NCBI GenBank assembly: GCA_026914085.1
Contig: JAPPKG010000390.1
Coordinates: 1-49,803 of the forward strand
DNA length: 49,803 nt
Source of the DNA: Caldilineaceae bacterium
GTDB taxonomy: Bacteria; Chloroflexota; Anaerolineae; Caldilineales; Caldilineaceae
Direction: 5' to 3'
How positions within the stretch are numbered: position 1 is the stretch's first letter; every line of letters begins with the position of its first letter. The notes under the pieces were generated by a model. That model was not told the DNA's origin. It made no database searches and was given only the letters and a program-made list of their open reading frames with translations. This document shows positions 30,672 through 37,804 of the stretch, in pieces. The position numbers were made by a program, and so were the translations under genes.

Positions 30672-31034
30672 TCAGATATAAGCGTCTGCGTCAAGACGAT
30701 CGAGAATCGCAATGACTTCTTCCGTTCTTTTTTTTCTTATGAGATCGATCGCGCGCTTGCCCTCTAGTTGGGGATGAGGTGCGTAAAGCCAAGCGCGGAC
30801 TTGTTCCTGGCGGTAGTACTCGCCCAGTCGCATGATTACGTATGCCAGGTCGGAAATAATGAGTTGCGTGGCCGGGCGAGGTGATTTGTGACCATTCGCC
30901 CAGCGGGAAACGGTGGCCTTGGAGACCCCCGTAAAGTTTGCGATATCCGTTCCCCTGAGTCCGCCGGATTCCTTCATCTGGTCGAGGAACATATTGACCG
31001 GCCTCGTGTATGCAGTGTTCAACAGGCTGCCCAC
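30672..31034 (-). CDS. Xre-HTH + DUF2384-type (ParS/MbcA-like) antitoxin, no cognate RES toxin
   Basis: 120 aa (GTG start; alternative ATG at 30992). HTH (TDIANFTGVSKATVSRWANG) plus a C-terminal region (W...P...L.GKRAIDLI....EEVIAILDRLDADAY) typical of the toxin-binding domain of RES-toxin antitoxins. Confidence 0.65.
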   Translation of the reverse strand: MGSLLNTAYTRPVNMFLDQMKESGGLRGTDIANFTGVSKATVSRWANGHKSPRPATQLIISDLAYVIMRLGEYYRQEQVRAWLYAPHPQLEGKRAIDLIRKKRTEEVIAILDRLDADAYI

Positions 31035-31240
31035 TGGGAAGAATTAGTAGTCCGAAAACGTTCGGGCCTTCTCGTCGCCGAACGGTAAACATCAAGAGCG
31101 CGATCCTTTTCCCGCCAGTTGCCGTAGACTTTCTTAACCTCACGGACGCCAGGGCGACCAAGAGCGGCCTCAAGCAGCTCCGCATGTTTCTGCGCACGCT
31201 CGGACGCCGAGCGTTTCTCCATTTGCGTCTTTGCCATCAT
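31019..31240 (-). CDS. Small hypothetical protein (~72-73 aa)
   Basis: The ORF track extends to 31285. A strong AGGAGG lies 4/7 nt before the tandem ATGs at 31240/31237. No recognisable motif. The 3' end abuts or overlaps the antitoxin start. Confidence 0.45.
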   Translation of the reverse strand: MMAKTQMEKRSASERAQKHAELLEAALGRPGVREVKKVYGNWREKDRALDVYRSATRRPERFRTTNSSQWAAC

Positions 31241-31287
31241 CCTTCCTCCTGCAATTGTGGCGCTCGTGTAACGCTCTGGTGTCATCC

Positions 31288-31611
31288 TTAGGTTGCAGCG
31301 TCACTTCCCAGCTGTGGTTGGGCGGCGGACAGAACCAAACGAAGGTCCAATGCTTGCAGGACCTTGAGCACGGTGGCGAATCCTGGATTGCCATCCGCCG
31401 AAAGCGCCTTGTAGAGGCTCTCCCGACCAAGTCCTGTCTTTGCTGCGATTCGCGTCATGCCGTGCGACCGGGCCACATCGCCTAGCGCAGCTGCTATTAG
31501 CTGAGGGTCGCCGTCCTCGAACGCCGCATCGAGGTAGGCGGCAATGTCCCGTTCATCCTGCAAATGATCCGCCGCGTCCCAGGGGCGGGTTTTGATCGGT
31601 TTAGCGGTCAT
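31288..31611 (-). CDS. higA: HigA-type addiction-module antidote protein (HTH)
   Basis: 107 aa. The pattern W.AADHL..E.DIAAYL.AA.EDGDP..IAAALGDVAR..GM..IA..TGL.RESLYKALS..GNP.F.T..KV..ALG is typical of this antidote family. It overlaps the upstream toxin by 11 nt. Confidence 0.8.
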   Translation of the reverse strand: MTAKPIKTRPWDAADHLQDERDIAAYLDAAFEDGDPQLIAAALGDVARSHGMTRIAAKTGLGRESLYKALSADGNPGFATVLKVLQALDLRLVLSAAQPQLGSDAAT

Positions 31612-31906
31612 CTTTTCTTATCCTCCGCGCTATTTCGTGAGCCCTCAGGATGTCCTGTTCTTGGGTGCGCTTGACGCCACCGTTGAGCAGCAACACTTCC
31701 TTGAGGCTTCGTTCGACCAGATACACGCGGTAGCCCGGGCCATAATCAATGCGAAGCTCGGACACACTTTTTCCAACACGCCGGACATCCCCTGGATTGC
31801 CCAAAGACAATCGGCGGATGCGTACAGCAATCCGTGCCTTCGCCCGCCGGTCGCGGAGCTTTTCGAACCATCTTTCAAAGGCTTCGGTCTGACGGACACT
31901 TGGCAC
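31601..31906 (-). CDS. higB: HigB/RelE-type addiction-module killer protein
   Basis: 101 aa with GTG start. RQTEAFERWFEKLRD..AKARI..RI.RL..GNPGD...VG..VSELRIDYGPGYRVY is typical of toxin-first HigBA modules. Confidence 0.8.
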   Translation of the reverse strand: MPSVRQTEAFERWFEKLRDRRAKARIAVRIRRLSLGNPGDVRRVGKSVSELRIDYGPGYRVYLVERSLKEVLLLNGGVKRTQEQDILRAHEIARRIRKDDR

Positions 31907-31911
31907 TTATG

Positions 31912-31935
31912 GATTGTATCCGACAGGATACAATC
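31912..31935. promoter_or_regulatory. Perfect 10-bp inverted repeat immediately upstream of higB (putative HigA operator)
   Basis: GATTGTATCC (31912-31921), GACA, GGATACAATC (31926-31935). It starts 6 nt from the higB GTG. Confidence 0.5.
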
Positions 31936-31986
31936 GGGCAAGTTTATTTGGCGTTGTGGTGGTTGGCTCGCCAGCCCAACTCCTAA

Positions 31987-32042
31987 CTACTAATTTGACA
32001 TGAATTAGTAGTAAATTGACATTTCGCATTCTCGGCTATATT
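31987..32042 (+). promoter_or_regulatory. Promoter-like region with 9-bp inverted repeat and two TTGACA boxes
   Basis: CTACTAATT (31987-31995) / AATTAGTAG (32003-32011). TTGACA at 31995-32000 and 32016-32021. TATATT at 32037-32042, 15-16 nt after the second box. Confidence 0.4.
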
Positions 32043-32082
32043 TTCCCGCCTAATTCCCCTTGTGGTTTCGACCGCAAGGTGC

Positions 32083-32110
32083 GGGCCTCTTCGGAGGCCC
32101 TTGCTTTATT
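32083..32110 (+). terminator. Intrinsic-terminator-like hairpin in the leader (attenuator or small-RNA 3' end?)
   Basis: GGGCCTC-TTCG-GAGGCCC followed by TTGCTTTATT. It is preceded by a second hairpin, CCTTGTGG-TTTCGA-CCGCAAGG (32058-32079). Confidence 0.35.
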
Positions 32111-32122
32111 GGGGCCAGGCCC

Positions 32123-32635
32123 ATGCCCAACGGCGGATCGGACTGCTGCGGAACCTGTTGGTTCAATCGAAAGAACCGCGGTAAACGCGACTGGCCGAAG
32201 TATGCCGACAGCACCGAGCCCGACCATTGCGAAATCAGGGACCTGGCCATCGAGGATCCCTTCTACACGTATTGTGCCAACCACCCGCACCGCAGGCCTG
32301 ATCGCGACCCCATACCGATCGGTCCGGTAACCCGCCACGGTGGTTGGGACGAAGAGCCGCCTTACTCCGAGTATCCGCGATATGTCTGGAAGCCCTCGCC
32401 GGACAATGAGGAAGTCCGCCAACACCTGCTATCCCTGCTCGACTCCATCTTCGAGCACATGCTCGACGACGAGTATCCGATAGGGAATCCCCTGGGTGCG
32501 ATGGTCGTATGGCAGCTGGGAGAATTCCGCGAGCGACGCGCCGTCGAAAGGCTTACAGAGCTGAGCGAGGACAGGCTCGGGAGGCTGGTGGATGCAGCGA
32601 ACGAGGCGTTAGCGAAGATTCAGGGCAGCGATTAG
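32123..32635 (+). CDS. Hypothetical protein: Cys-rich N-terminus + HEAT-like repeat C-terminus
   Basis: The ORF track starts at a TTG at 32060, inside the hairpins; the ATG at 32123 gives MPNGGSDCCGTCWFN... The C-terminal LGEFRERRAVERLTELSED resembles a HEAT/PBS-lyase-type repeat. Confidence 0.5.
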   Translation: MPNGGSDCCGTCWFNRKNRGKRDWPKYADSTEPDHCEIRDLAIEDPFYTYCANHPHRRPDRDPIPIGPVTRHGGWDEEPPYSEYPRYVWKPSPDNEEVRQHLLSLLDSIFEHMLDDEYPIGNPLGAMVVWQLGEFRERRAVERLTELSEDRLGRLVDAANEALAKIQGSD

Positions 32636-32654
32636 CTGGCCGAGATAGAACGCG

Positions 32655-33271
32655 ATGAAGATCATCTCCTGGAACATGAAGCAGAAGCACGATTCGTGGC
32701 GCTGCCTGCTCAAGATGGACGACATCGACCTCGCGCTGCTCCAGGAAGCCGGCCTCAGGCGCCCCCGTGCTGGCTGTCTCGATGTATGCGCAGTGGCTTC
32801 GCACGCATAGTTTGGCGGCAAACAACTTCATATTTGCGGACAGTTCCGTTCACCACGTCATTTCCGACTTGTCGGTTTTCGTTACGAAGGCGGACGGGCA
32901 TCGCGTTCTGGCCGCCGGCGATCTGAATATCCTGCGCGGTTACGGCGAACATGTCGATGCCTACTGGGCCGCCCGGTACAAGACTGTGTTTGATCGGATG
33001 GAGGCTATGGGCTTGCCTTGCATCGGTCCGGATGCCCGAAACGGCCGCCAGGCCGATCCGTGGCCGGACGAATTGCCACGGGACAGCCGGAACGTCCCCA
33101 CATTTCATTCCAACCGCCAAAAGCCGGCGACCGCCACCCGCCAATTGGATTACGTATTCGCCTCCAGAGGACTCGCAGACTCACTTACCGTCCGTGCCCT
33201 CAACAGGCCGGAGGAATGGGGGACCGAGCGATCATTGCCGGATCGCGATTGAGCTCGCAGAAGACAGTTGA
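32655..33271 (+). pseudogene. Endonuclease/exonuclease/phosphatase (EEP) family gene split over three frames
   Basis: Frame 0 carries MKIISWNM...DIDLALLQEAG (stop at ~32808). Frame 1 (32767..33252) carries GDLNILRGYG...QLDYVFAS. Frame 2 carries the terminal PSDHCRIAIEL motif (stop at 33271). The frame switches coincide with a C5 run (32762-32766) and a G5 run (33218-33222). Confidence 0.6.
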
Positions 33272-33388
33272 GCTGATGAAGATGCGTGAGGTCGCCAGCA
33301 ATCAAATTGCAGAGCTTGAGCCCCGACTGTTGAAGCTCAAAGCTACACCTAAGCCTCATGTAACATTTGCGGCCACGGAGGTATGCAC

Positions 33389-33688
33389 ATGAATGAAATT
33401 TCGTTCGGTGTCCTGGGAGCAATGCTTGGCTGCAGCGTCGGTCTAGCGGGCATATTCCTCGGCGTGCGCTACAGCAAGGTCCAATCCTTTGGACGGCTGC
33501 CCAAACCTGTTTACCTTGGAATTGCATCAAGCTTGATGTTGGGCGTCGTTCTGCCGGCAACCATGTTCAGCGTCCTGCTTCCTGAGGCATCCTGGCTGGC
33601 CACACTGAGGTGGGCCGCATTGAATGCACTTGCATTGATGGGCGCACTGCCCATGCTCGCCCGCTGGCGAGCATCCAGGAGTACATAA
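33389..33688 (+). CDS. Small membrane protein (3 predicted TM), paralogue B
   Basis: GGAGGT RBS. MNEISFGVLGAMLGCSVGLAGIFLGVRYS aligns with MNELLLGLLGVVLGCSFGLAGIFLGARYS of 26742..27041. Confidence 0.65.
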   Translation: MNEISFGVLGAMLGCSVGLAGIFLGVRYSKVQSFGRLPKPVYLGIASSLMLGVVLPATMFSVLLPEASWLATLRWAALNALALMGALPMLARWRASRST

Positions 33689-33757
33689 CCCGCGTTGGGA
33701 CCTAGTCTCATTCTTTTGAGCGCCAGCATCTGATGGCGTAATGTTCTGCGGTCGCAC

Positions 33758-34234
33758 ATGAAAGGACCTACCGGTATCCAGCTGTGGAACGCGGGAAAGT
33801 GTTTGGTGGCTGCGGAGCTATTGCGCCGGGGCGCACATGCTGAACCTATTCTTAAAGGTCGATCTGATCAGGACGTCATCGCACACTCGCCAGACCGCAC
33901 TCATATGGTGCAGATCAAGGTCAAGACGAAAGGAATACGCTCAAAGCAAGTGCCTGGATGGCAATGGGACTTGAATCTTGCGCGCCAAGCGCTGGAAGCG
34001 CCTCCCAACCAGTATGTTGTCCTAGTTGATCTAGCCCCCGCCCAGCCTGAATACTATGTCTGTCAACTCAGCCTGATCGCACAGCGTGTCTTGCAGAATC
34101 ACGAGGACTTCCTCAGCCGGCATCAGGGATCCCGCCCCCGCACTCCTGATTCCCCACACACCCTAATTTTTCTCAAAGACGTTTGTGAGGGCAAAGACGC
34201 TTGGGAACAGCTCGGCGTGCTAGCAGTACGTTGA
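33758..34234 (+). CDS. Hypothetical protein with PD-(D/E)xK nuclease-like N-terminal motifs
   Basis: 158 aa. G..LVAAELLRRG ... DQDVIA ... VQIKVKTK resembles the helix / D / (E/Q)xK arrangement of small restriction-endonuclease-fold proteins. Confidence 0.45.
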   Translation: MKGPTGIQLWNAGKCLVAAELLRRGAHAEPILKGRSDQDVIAHSPDRTHMVQIKVKTKGIRSKQVPGWQWDLNLARQALEAPPNQYVVLVDLAPAQPEYYVCQLSLIAQRVLQNHEDFLSRHQGSRPRTPDSPHTLIFLKDVCEGKDAWEQLGVLAVR

Positions 34235-34534
34235 ACAGAGTGAAACGGCCCGTAGTGTGGCTGCCTTTGCACCGTGATTACCAGCATCGCGATGGTTCAT
34301 CGTCGAGGATTTCCTCTTCCAACAAAGCTCGGATCAAGATCAAAGAAGAACCGCTTATACCCGAAGCCCCTTGATTCCGTGAACCATTCTTCAAGCCAGT
34401 CAGTCACATTGAATGCGTTCCTCACATCCCATTCCTTCGTCCCCAACCCACTCGAAGCCGTTATGAAACATCATGTTGCGATTGATGTATCGAGGCAGAT
34501 CAATCCAAACTCGTGATTAGAAGTAGGAGTGTTG

Positions 34535-35257
34535 ATGAACGAAGAAAAAATCAGGATCGGTGTGCTAATGATCGGCTCGCTCTTTTGGTGTCAGCGACCG
34601 TATAGGGCTTAATGGCGGCGCAAGCGACTGGATATGGCGGCAATGCAGCACGTAAACGTACCCATTCGGTACGGACGCCGGTCGTCAGGGTGGAATTGTT
34701 CATTCACTATGGTGTTTTCCACCGAGCTTGGACAGGATCAACTGGGCCGCGGCATCCTGGTGCCGTGCCTTTCGGATGACTTGTTGGGTGAAGCCACTGC
34801 GCTTTGGACGGCCGAGACCCCAAAAGGGAAGAACACCGAAAAGAGGATATCGGCAGGTTGGGGATGCGTGGCGCTGTTGCAAAACAGCGAGCGTCCGATA
34901 TCGACGGAACTGCGGAACCAATGGTCACAGCGCGTTTCAGAGGAACCCTGCTACGGAAAATTGAACTCTGCTTGCGGCGAGGAAGCCGTGGTCGACGACA
35001 GTGGGTTCCTGAAAATCGCTTGGCCGACCACTGACACGGGCACCGATCCCCGTTTCGATGTCATACTCGCAACTGCGACCAACCCAACAATCGTCAAGGG
35101 CAAATATCCGCCGGTCGAGGACATCGCGGCGGCATGGAGGGAGGGCACGGGAAAGGCCGACGGACGCTATTTTCGCAACAACCGATGCCACGAAATTAGA
35201 ACGTTCCAGGATGACAAGATTGAGAAACTGCTGGATACGCGCGTCAGGTGTGGATGA
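34535..35257 (+). pseudogene. Hypothetical gene interrupted by an in-frame TAA (34610-34612)
   Basis: AGGAG lies 7 nt before the ATG at 34535 (MNEEKIRIGVLMIGSLFW...). After 25 codons a TAA stops the frame, then the same frame continues into the 207-aa ORF 34634..35257. Confidence 0.5.
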
Positions 35258-35370
35258 CCCGAGGTGAAGGTCTTATCGAGTGGCGGGGCTCATTCCATTC
35301 TCAACGACTTGTAATCTGTCGGTGACCATTCTTCTTGCTTTCTTTTGCAAGTATTAATCAAAGCGTACTA

Positions 35371-36513
35371 ATGGCTAAGAAAAAGAACCAGCATTACGTT
35401 CCAGAGTTCTATTTAAAACGGTTTTCGCCCGACAAGGAAAAGAGAACGATTGGGATTTGGAACCTTAGACGCCGGCAGAAAATCATTGGGGCGAGTCTCA
35501 GGGACCAATGCAGTCTCGACTATTTCTATGGTAAAGACCTAATTCTCGAGGAATCATTTGAGGATTTGGAGAGGCTAGCGTCGGGCTTGCTGAAGCGAAT
35601 AGACAAAGCAGGCGCGCTGCCGGAACCGTGCTCCAATAGCCATGCCTTGCTATTGATCCACTTGGCAACGCAGTGGGCCCGTACAAAATACATGGCCGAT
35701 GCGGTGCAGGATATGGAAGAAAGCTTCTTGAATTACCTCTCGGAGTTGGATGAGCAAGAAGCAAAGCGGTTCAGGGATGACATAAGGCGCCACTTGGATA
35801 ATCCCGTGCACCTTTCGATCCTCATTCTTATGGAAATATTCCCGCTGCTCTTGGATCTTGATTGCAAAATTCTGGCAAATCAAACCGCGATTGAATTTGT
35901 CACTTCAGACAACCCAGTTGTTTTCTACAACCAGTTGTTTTCATTCCAAAAGAGCCAGAGCAATACCGGTATCGCAGTGAAGGGTCTTCAGATATTTTTT
36001 CCAATCGCACCAGGAAAAGTGTTGCTCTTCTATGATTCCACCGCGTATTCGGTCGGAAGAAGGAATCAGCCGATAGTTGAAGTATCAGATTCGCACGATG
36101 TGGACCAAATCAACCTCCTTCAGATGGCCAACTGTCAACACAATGTGTACTTTCGCGACACGTCGATCGATCTTGAACCGCTTGATGTGAGAGGACACCG
36201 ATTCCGTAGGAAGGCGATGTCCCGCTTGGAGACATTTCCAATTGGAAAGACAGAAAATGGATCTCAAGAACTTCTCGCTATGTCGATGAGCGATGTAGTA
36301 ACTAATCTGTCGCTTTCGTTTGTTCGGATTACACGGCGCACAAGGCGCTGGAGAGCGCGATTTCAGCGGCTGAAATCGCGTCCCGCGCTTGTAATACGCA
36401 ATCAGGCCTTGCATGATGAATTCAAGAAACATCAGGACAAGATACGCAACTTGGAAGTTGACTCGATGTCATTGTTCAAGCATCTATGCGCCAAATATCA
36501 TCAAAGGAAATAG
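35371..36513 (+). CDS. DUF4238 family protein
   Basis: The ATG at 35371 gives MAKKKNQHYVPEFYLKRFS, the N-terminal HYVPxFYLxxF signature I associate with DUF4238. About 380 aa, in a low-GC stretch. Confidence 0.65.
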   Translation: MAKKKNQHYVPEFYLKRFSPDKEKRTIGIWNLRRRQKIIGASLRDQCSLDYFYGKDLILEESFEDLERLASGLLKRIDKAGALPEPCSNSHALLLIHLATQWARTKYMADAVQDMEESFLNYLSELDEQEAKRFRDDIRRHLDNPVHLSILILMEIFPLLLDLDCKILANQTAIEFVTSDNPVVFYNQLFSFQKSQSNTGIAVKGLQIFFPIAPGKVLLFYDSTAYSVGRRNQPIVEVSDSHDVDQINLLQMANCQHNVYFRDTSIDLEPLDVRGHRFRRKAMSRLETFPIGKTENGSQELLAMSMSDVVTNLSLSFVRITRRTRRWRARFQRLKSRPALVIRNQALHDEFKKHQDKIRNLEVDSMSLFKHLCAKYHQRK

Positions 36514-36672
36514 CCGGGATTAGATATTTGGTTTTGGGGGAGAGGTCATCCTAGCGCGGCGAAGTCCGCTGTGGTTGCTCGTCACCTTTACAAATTTGTC
36601 TATCATTAGCCTCCATGCTACGAAACCCGATTCATCCAACTACTCCTTTTAAGTTGAACAGGGAGGATTGAG

Positions 36673-37785
36673 TTGCGCTTTCAATCGATAGATGCCCTTC
36701 AGAAAACACTCGCAGATCAGGTGTTCCACTATGCGGTTGACCAAAAGAAGGCAGCGGGACGGGCGTTAGGTACATTGGTCGAAATCGTTACTTACTACAC
36801 CCTCCGTTCGTGGAATCTAACCGACCATATTGTGATTGAGCGTAGGGTGCCAGAATTTGCGAATCCCGATATTGAGCATAACGTTGAGTTCTCTCTTCAC
36901 CCGATGCGGAATCGATGGCGCGTAAAGATTGCGCCTCTATCTCTTCCTATTACGCCAGCCAAAATAAAACGTCTTATGCCACACCTTGCTGAGCATCCAG
37001 TCAAGTCAACTCAAGTTCTTAGCAGCGATTTCGTAAGGCGAAACGCCACTATTCTCCTGGAAACAGACGCCGGACCCATTGTCGCCAACATCGAATCCTT
37101 GAATGAGACACAATGCACCCTGGCCATATGCGAACTTTCGGCCGATCCTTTTGCAATTGTGGAATGCAAACGGGTAGGCGTGGAAGAGGGTATGAAGAAA
37201 GGCCCGCAGACTATCGAAAAAGCAAAGCAGGGTTCCTATGTTGCGCGGTCGGTTTCGTCTCTACAAAAAGTCAGGTTGAGAAATGGACAGTTCCAAGGTG
37301 TTATGGAGCAGAACGACGGGCAGTTCCAAACCGGACCTTACCTTGAGTTACAACGGAAGATAATCGATGCTCCGTCGCCAGGTGAGTTTCCTGGATTTAT
37401 TCTTACCGTCGGGGTTGTCAGCAATCATGGGAATTGGTTTACATCCGAAAACCACAACAAGGAGCTTCGGGTGCTAGCTCAGTCCTATGACTGGCTGCTA
37501 TTCCTTACTGATCAAGGACTTGCGAAATTCATCGGTGACCTACTGCTTAATCCTTCCGACGAAATGAAACCAGCTAGTGATGCTTTTCTTGTAAGTTACT
37601 CAGGTCAACGGGGGAAGAACAGATTTACAAAAGTCCGTATAGATGTTGAGGCCGATAAGACACTGCAACGTTATTTCTCACGACACAGTTCTGAAATTGA
37701 GGAGTGGTTCAATGTCATTTCTCCAACCGAAGGTACTCTTCATTCATTGCGCGATGACTTAAACACTCTGGCCAACCGTAGTTGA
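36673..37785 (+). CDS. Putative type II restriction endonuclease (PD-ExK)
   Basis: 370 aa. TTG start 5 nt after GGAGGA. Candidate catalytic motif SADPFAIVECKRVG. It lies 19 nt upstream of a DNA methyltransferase gene. Confidence 0.55.
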   Translation: MRFQSIDALQKTLADQVFHYAVDQKKAAGRALGTLVEIVTYYTLRSWNLTDHIVIERRVPEFANPDIEHNVEFSLHPMRNRWRVKIAPLSLPITPAKIKRLMPHLAEHPVKSTQVLSSDFVRRNATILLETDAGPIVANIESLNETQCTLAICELSADPFAIVECKRVGVEEGMKKGPQTIEKAKQGSYVARSVSSLQKVRLRNGQFQGVMEQNDGQFQTGPYLELQRKIIDAPSPGEFPGFILTVGVVSNHGNWFTSENHNKELRVLAQSYDWLLFLTDQGLAKFIGDLLLNPSDEMKPASDAFLVSYSGQRGKNRFTKVRIDVEADKTLQRYFSRHSSEIEEWFNVISPTEGTLHSLRDDLNTLANRS

Positions 37786-37804
37786 TTTTTTTGGAGCGAC
37801 CAGA

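Noticed and set aside
32060-32122. TTG-initiated N-terminal extension of the Cys-rich protein (ORF track start 32060).
   Set aside because: The extension would be translated straight through two stable hairpins and a terminator-like U-tract, it has no RBS, and it encodes a Gly/Pro/Phe-rich peptide. The ATG at 32123 is preferred, although its own RBS is weak.
34274-34516. 80-aa plus-strand ORF from the ORF track.
   Set aside because: It has no RBS and a Ser/Pro/Leu-rich, non-protein-like translation. The opposite strand shows more protein-like, though frameshifted, segments.
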